Positions 33,717-39,875 of a stretch of DNA of 39,875 nucleotides are shown in pieces (within the stretch, counting starts at the first letter, position 1; each line of letters starts with the position of its first letter). This DNA is from Fonticula alba ATCC 38817 (Eukaryota > Protista > Nucleariida), in the NCBI GenBank assembly GCA_000388065.2, contig KB932202.1. The stretch is one strand, 5' to 3'. The translations under genes were made by a program, and so were the position numbers. The notes under the pieces are model-generated. The model had not been told where the DNA came from and did not search any database. It saw only the letters and a list, made by a program, of their open reading frames with translations.

Positions 33717-36700
33717 ATGCGTGCATGCGCATTTGCACATACGTGGACCATGAAATGCGCCCACTTGTTCGAGTGAACCGGCGGTACCACGCGCCCCGGC
33801 CGCGGCCGGGAAGAGGACGGCACGGCCACCGGCTTGCCCATCCATGTTTCCCACCAGTCGGAGTTCAGGGCGGCGGGCCAGTCGGCCGTGGCCCCGCCGC
33901 CCGCGGCCGGGTCTTGACGAGAAATGGACAGCCGGTGCAGGGCCTCATTGAAGCGGAAGCAGCCCCAGATGCGAGCCAGGCTGTCGGAGGCCCGGAAGAG
34001 GGCCAGGTCCGACGCGGCCGGCCCGGCGATTTGCTGCCGGGCCGACTCGCCCATGACCTTGAGCTGGTGTTGCTGCGGGTCCGACGGAACCGAGGACAGA
34101 CGCAGGAGAGGGAGGGGGGGGGGGGCAGGGGGAGAAAGAGGGACGGCCAATGGCAGCCATGGCGGTGAGTCGAGGACCGGCGAAAGGGCCACAGCCGGGG
34201 TGTCCACGCACCAGCAGGTGTGTCGCACGCGTGTGCAAGTTCAAGATCACCAGCAGGGAGTTCTGCATCTCATTCACACCGGACAGGAAGAGGGGCAGCT
34301 CGTCATGGACCGGGGGGTCGCGCGACAGGCCGAAGCGCGAGGCGTTGGTGGACGACCTCGACCGGGCGGACGTCTCGGCCGAGGTGGAGGCCGCCCGCGA
34401 CCGGGCCGCCGTGGCCGCTGCCGACCCCGGGAAGAGGAGCCCCCCGCCGTCGCGCAGGGCGAAGTCCGCCCCCCCGGAGAAGGGGGACGGCAGGAAGTTT
34501 TGGCCCCCCGCCCCGAGCCCAGCCGGCATCGCGGCGGCCATCTCCTGCTCGAAGGAGGACGGATGCGAAAGCTCCGACCGGGGGAAGCACGACAGGTGGT
34601 ACCGCGTGTTGAGGTACTCGCGGGAGGGCCGGAACCGGAGGACCACATTGTGCGTGGGAGTCACATGCAGGACGAGGGTATTGGCCTTGCTGCGAGGATA
34701 GGCAAGGCAGGACGCGAAGGGGGGGGGGGGGGGGCGGGTCAGGGACGCTGCCACGCGACTCGGCCATTCTCCCGGGCTCCCGGCCTCTTGCCTCGCCCGG
34801 CGCCGGGACACCAAGGCAGTGGAGGGGGCGGCGCATCGGCAGGAGGGGCAGGCCTCGCAGCCGGGGGAGACTGGCGAGCAGGCGAGCAGGCGCGCGCGCG
34901 CGCGCGCGGGTGTGTGTGTGTGTGTAAAGAAGGCGAGGAGCACGCACGGAGTCAGCCAGGACGACACGTCGGAAAGCGAAAACTGGACCTCCGGACTGCC
35001 GGGCGGGGGCACGCGCCCAACGGTGTGTCCGCGTGTGTGGTGGGATATGCACCAGAGGCATGGGAAGCGGGAGGAAGGCGAAAGTCGGCAGGGGGGATGG
35101 TCAGTCGCAACAAACCCGAGATCCGCAGGGGGGGGGGGGGGGGGGGGGGGCGCGCTCGGGCGAACCTGGCATGTGCCACACGGGCCACCTCCTCGGTTTT
35201 GAGGAAGAGATCGGCCGCGGCCGAGCCGCGGGCCAGAGCCGGGAAGCATTGCGGGAAGCGCTGCTTGATGCAGGGGACCTCGTGGGGGGGAGGGGCGCCG
35301 GCCGGGTCCCCGGGGCCCGGGCCGCCCAGCGGCCGGCACACAATCACATGCGAGTCCGACGCCTCGACCACCACCCGGCGCAGGCCGAGGGTCCGCGTCC
35401 GGGGGGACACCCGGGCCAGCCAGGCCCCGACGAAGCACTGGCACGGGCTGGCCCACGCGCTGGCCGGGACCTTGAGCGGAGGGGCCACCTTGGCCGCGGC
35501 CGGCACCGCAGCCAGGACATTGGCCACGGCCGCCGACATGGCCGATGCCGTGGCGCCGGACTGCGAGCCGGCATCCGGCCCGGCGGCATGTCCCGGGCGA
35601 CGGCCGGCCGGGCCTCCAGGCGGCCGGCGGGCAGCCCGAGTCACACTCGGCCGAGGGCCCGCCGCCGCCGCGGCCGCCGCGGCCGCCGCCGCCACCGGGC
35701 TGGTGGGCTTGCCGATGTCCTCGCCGGCGATCAGCCGCAGCAGCCGGGCCAGCGCCAAATCATTGGGAGTCGTGGCACCGGGGTCCGGGGACACGGCCAC
35801 CGGTGGCGGCATGGGCCCCGGCGAGGGAGGAGCCCCGGGGCCCGGGCGCGCACCCGGGCCGGGGCCAGCCCCCCGGCCTCCGGCCGGAGGCCGGGCAGGG
35901 GAGGAGGCCGGGGCCGCGCGGCCCGCAGGGCTTGGGGCATTGGCCGGACCGCCGGCCACAGCCCCGGCCGGGGGCACGGACCCACCGCCCGAGAGGACCA
36001 CTTCCACCTGGCAGAGCCATGCGCCACCGCGCGCGCAGTGCCGGTGCCAGGCCATGCGCGTCCGATCGTACAGGTGCTGGGCCAGGTCATTTTGCGAGGA
36101 CTTGAGCGCCAGGGCCCGGGCATCGCGCAGGCGCAGCCGGTAGGACTCGGCATGCGCCCCGGCCCCGAAGCCACACTCCCGGCGCACGGCCAGCCCATGC
36201 CACGACCCGAGCAGGGCATTGTAGCCGGGCTGCACGTCGGCCTGGAGGCCGGACGCCAGATCCAGCTGGCTGGGCAGCTCGCCGCGCAGGAAATCCGCAA
36301 ACCGGTTGGAGCACTGCCGCGGCGTGGGGGCCGGCAAAATGCCCCCGGCCCCGGCCGGCGCCAGGACCGAGGAGCAGGACGACGAGGCGGACCCCGAGGC
36401 CGCGACCGAGGAGGGGACGCACAGGGGCGCCGCCGTCGGCGGGACTGCCGCCGCCGGCGGCTGCCCGGGGCCTGGCGCGGCGCTCGCCACCATGCCGGGC
36501 GGCGCCCGCTCGGCCGCCAGGTGCGTCACGGCCGAGAACCACTCGGCCACCGACGTGCCGCCGGCCTGCCAAAAGGTCCCGAGCTCGGCCGCGGCAAACT
36601 CCACCGTCGGCGGTGTCAGGTGCGCCGCCGACCGGGCCTCGAAGAACTGATCCGCCACCAGGCGCGCGTCCTGTGCCGGGCCCTCATCCGAGCAGAAGAA

Positions 36701-36742
36701 ATCCCACCCCGCCCGAAGCGAGGGGGTGGCGTGGTGCGGCAT
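32420..36742 (-). CDS. Hypothetical protein, ~1048 aa, 7 exons
   Basis: Exons (minus) 36742-35166, 34995-34948, 34689-34212, 34072-33743, 33559-33373, 33148-32718, 32515-32420; all GT-AG and phase-compatible, ending IVKVLQSLRASGRVLSLDNLRLYMSWKMDEA*. Globular-looking blocks alternate with Ala/Pro linkers. No family recognised. The 48-nt exon is optional for frame. Confidence 0.75.
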
Positions 36743-38170
36743 GTGCGGGCCTGAGGGAGGGAGGGGGGAGGGGGGAGGGGAGGGAGGGAGGGGGCAGGGA
36801 GGGAGCGGAGGGGCGGACGAAGGGAGGCAGGGCAAGCGAAGGAGGGGACGGGGCAGGGCCGAGGGGGAGGGGGATCTCATGCCCGCTCGGGGCCCGGGGC
36901 CCGCCGGTGGACGGTGCCGGCCGAAATCCTTTGTGTCTTGTGGGCCCCCCGCCGCCCCCCGGCCGCCGACAGGGCAGCACGGCTGGGGCCACCAGCCCGC
37001 CTCCCCCGGCACCCGGCACTCTCTTCGTGTCTTCGACGCTTTGTTCGTGGCCAGCCGGCGGAGGGCGCCGGGGGCAGGGGCGGGCTTTCGAGTTGTTTTG
37101 ATTGGCCCGCGCCCGGGCGTGATCCGTTCCCGGGGCGTGACACCTCCGTGATCACCGTTCGCCGAATGTCAGAACGAGCACCCGGATTAAGGCCGGCCCC
37201 GCGGCCTCTCCGGGGGGGGCCCTTGGCCGTGCGTGTCCGCCGCCGGTGGGCATCCTCGCCGGACAGGCTGGCCCCCCGCGCGCCCCGTGCGCGCGTGTGC
37301 GCCGAGGCCGCCTGGTCCGCCGCACGTCGGCGCTCGCTCCCGCGGTCCGCGCCCGCCCTGCATTGGCCAGCCAGAGGGGCAGAGACCGTAGATCCCCTCG
37401 TGTGTGTGTGTGCGCGCGCGCGCGGGCCTTCTGTGAAGCACCCCTCCCGCGGCGCGTGCGGGGCGGACACCCGAGCTCCCCCCCCCCCGGCACCGGCCGC
37501 GTTGGATCGTGACGTTTTGTGCTCCCCCGGTCCCGGGCGGCGCCGTGACAGCGCGCGCGCACGCGCGCGACTGCGCCGCCCAGCCGACGGCCAGCCGACG
37601 AAACTCACCCTGGGCGGCAGGCATGCAAGCGACTTTAACCGCCCGGTGGCAGCCGCACCCCAGGCCCGCCTTTCCAGCGTCCTCTACAGCCAACGGTGCA
37701 GCCCGTCCTCCCTCGGCGGCGGGCGCGGCCCCCCCCCCCCCTTCCCCCGGCAGGACGAGGGGCCATCCCGGCCCCCCGGACGGGCACGCCAGCATTTATT
37801 CCCCGCTTTATATTTGGTGCCCGGCCCTTGGTCGCCCCGGCCCTCTGGCCTTTTGGTCTCCTCCGGCGAGGCCCGACAGGGGGTGGCCAGGGGAGAGACA
37901 AGCTGCGCGTCCGCCCCAGCCCAGTGCCCTTGTCCCGTGCGCCGCACCGGGGCAGGGCCAGCATGCCGCCCTGCCGCCGGCCCCCTCCCTGGCCAGGGGC
38001 CGGGAAAAAACAAGAGAAGGCGCGATCCCCCCCCCGACGGATCTCGACCGTGCGGCACTCTTCTCCTCCCCTCTCCTGCCCTCTGCTCCCAGCCCGCCCT
38101 CTCGCCCCCTCTCGTCCACACACACACACACACACACGCATACACACACGGCCCCACAGCCACCGGCACC

Positions 38171-39812
38171 ATGCTTCTCGGTCTGTCTGGGTCCTTCGGG
38201 TCCGGCATTGCTGAGGTCGCGATCTTCCTGCACCGCCATTACGGCTGGAAGGTCCTGCTGCCAGGGCCAGCGGGCGACTCGCCGACACCCCTGGCCACCC
38301 CGGAATATGGGGGCTCCGCCGAGACCATTTGCCTGTCGGACCACGGGGGCAGCGGCGGCCGCGTTGGCGGCGACGGCGGCGGCGCCAGTGCCCTGGCACT
38401 GTCGGACACCGAGGGCCCGGAGTGCCCGCTGCTGGCGAGCCTGCGGGAGCGCTGCATCGAGGCCGGCCTCTCGCCGGCCACCCTCGCACCCGAGGAAGCC
38501 CTGCGCCAGGCCATGTCCCACACCGGGGAGCACTTTGTACTTCTGCCGCTGACCCGGCGCGAGCAGCTGGACCAGCTCCTGGGCCGGCCGGCCTTCTCGC
38601 TGCTGAGCGTCGATGCGCCCACCCGCGCGCGGTTCCGGTGGCACTGCCACACGGACGGGCCGCTGGAGCTCGGCGACTTCCTGGATCTGGACGATGCCCT
38701 GTCCTTCGGGGGAAAGTGCGTGGCCGAGCTGCCCCGGGGTTGCCCTTCCCTCTGCCCCTTTCCGCGGTATGCCGACTGACCGGGGGTGCCGCTCGCTCTT
38801 GTCCCCCCTCCCCCTCCTCCGGCCCCAGCCCGATCGCCTGCCATCCATCCGGGCAAATCCGGGAGATCGCCAAGCTGTCCGACCACCAGATCCTCCTGCC
38901 CGAGGCCGGGGCCGATGGGCCGATGCTGGAGCGCCTCCTGCGCATGGAGTTCCCCGGGCTCCTCCGGCTGCCCGATGCTCTGTCCAGGACGTCGGCCAGC
39001 AAGGCGGCCGGGCCGGATCTCCAGCCGGTGCCGGCCCCCAGCAGCCCGGCCGGCGATCAGCACATCCAGTTGGCCATTTACTCGGACCTGCCGCTGGCAA
39101 CGGTCCCGGAGGAGTTGCTCTTCTTCGCGCGGCTCACGCGCGCTGTGGCCCAGCGATCCAACTGCCTCAAGCGCCGGGTAGGCTGCGTCATTGTCCGGGG
39201 CGGGCGCATTGTGGCCGTCGGGCACAATGGCACGCCGGAGCGCCTGCCGCCCTGCTACGACGGGGGGTGCGACCGGTGTGCCGACCAGCAGATCAGCCGC
39301 GGCGAGGCGCTGGACAACTGCGTCTGCCTGCATGCCGAGGAGTTGGCCATCATCGAGGCCGGATCGTACGTGTACCCCCCGCCCCTCGCGTGTCTCGCAC
39401 GCATGTGCCGCATGCTCTATGTGTCCCTGCGACCGCGCCCGGCCCACTTAGCTGACTTCCCTCGCCTCGCTGTGATGGTCTCCGCGTGCCCATTTCCCTG
39501 TGCTTGTTTCTTTCTCCCCTTCTCCCTGTCTCTCCCCCTCTCTTTCTCCCCCTCTCGCTCGCTCTCTTCACCCAATATCCGGGGGCCATACACGCTCCCA
39601 GGCAACAGACAGATGGCTGCGTGCTCTTTTGCACGACGTTCCCGTGTGTCGGCTGCGCCAAGCGCATCATCCATGCTGGCATCCAGAAGGTGTACTACCT
39701 GGACGCATACAGCCCGACCGACGGGAAGTCCGAACACCTGATGCGCATTTCCGGGGTGAAGATCGCCCGCTTGAAAATCCCGGACCCAGTGGTAACAGCA
39801 CTTGCCGAATAA
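38171..39812 (+). CDS. DCD1: dCMP deaminase, fungal DCD1 type with N-terminal P-loop-like domain, ~430 aa, 3 exons
   Basis: Exons 38171-38715, 38829-39365, 39602-39812. Motifs: NCLKRRVGCVIV..RIVAVGHNGTP, CDRC...CVCLHAEE and CTTFPCVGCAKRIIHAGIQKVYY (zinc deaminase HAE + PCxxC). The N-terminus MLLGLSGSFGSGIAEVA resembles the N-terminal domain of fungal Dcd1. Confidence 0.95.
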
Positions 39813-39875
39813 CATAGAAAGCACCGTCCGATGCGAATGCTCCGCCTGTCTGTCCATCTGTCCGGGGGGGGGGGG

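Noticed and set aside
37500-37820. MCB-like ACGCG sites and a TATA-like tttatattt upstream of DCD1
   Set aside because: CGCG runs are ubiquitous in this window, and the transcription start is unknown, so there is no significance.

Overview
This window is a scaffold segment from a very GC-rich, intron-containing microbial eukaryote, not a prokaryote. It has 5 N-gaps (1455-2269, 3721-3980, 9330-9352, 23255-23430, 25007-25940). I built nine spliced gene models by hand from GT-AG boundaries, phase continuity and motif continuity. In order: a CorA/ALR1-MNR2-type Mg2+ transporter (+), a ~1973-aa orphan (+), an Spt20-like SAGA subunit (-), NOP53 (-), a two-domain glutaredoxin (+), a DCP1-like EVH1 protein (+), a small degenerate bZIP-like protein (+), a ~1048-aa orphan (-), and a fungal-type dCMP deaminase DCD1 (+). 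Introns and spacers are full of microsatellites and C/G homopolymers. The ALR-type CorA and the P-loop-fused DCD1 suggest a fungus-related opisthokont; the overall style resembles Fonticula alba (inference only). I found no rRNA, tRNA, CRISPR array or recognisable transposon, and no multi-gene novel system. The strongest leads are four. (1) The 5' splice-site consensus is unusual, GTRCGY, with C at +4 in 37 of 40 modelled introns. (2) The glutaredoxin is a CPYC+CPYS tandem whose halves share identical intron positions. (3) The DCP1 EVH1 fold is split by a ~140-aa insertion. (4) Two intergenic regions carry clusters of three short perfect hairpins. Most long ORFs in the supplied track are GC-shadow, microsatellite or N-gap artefacts.
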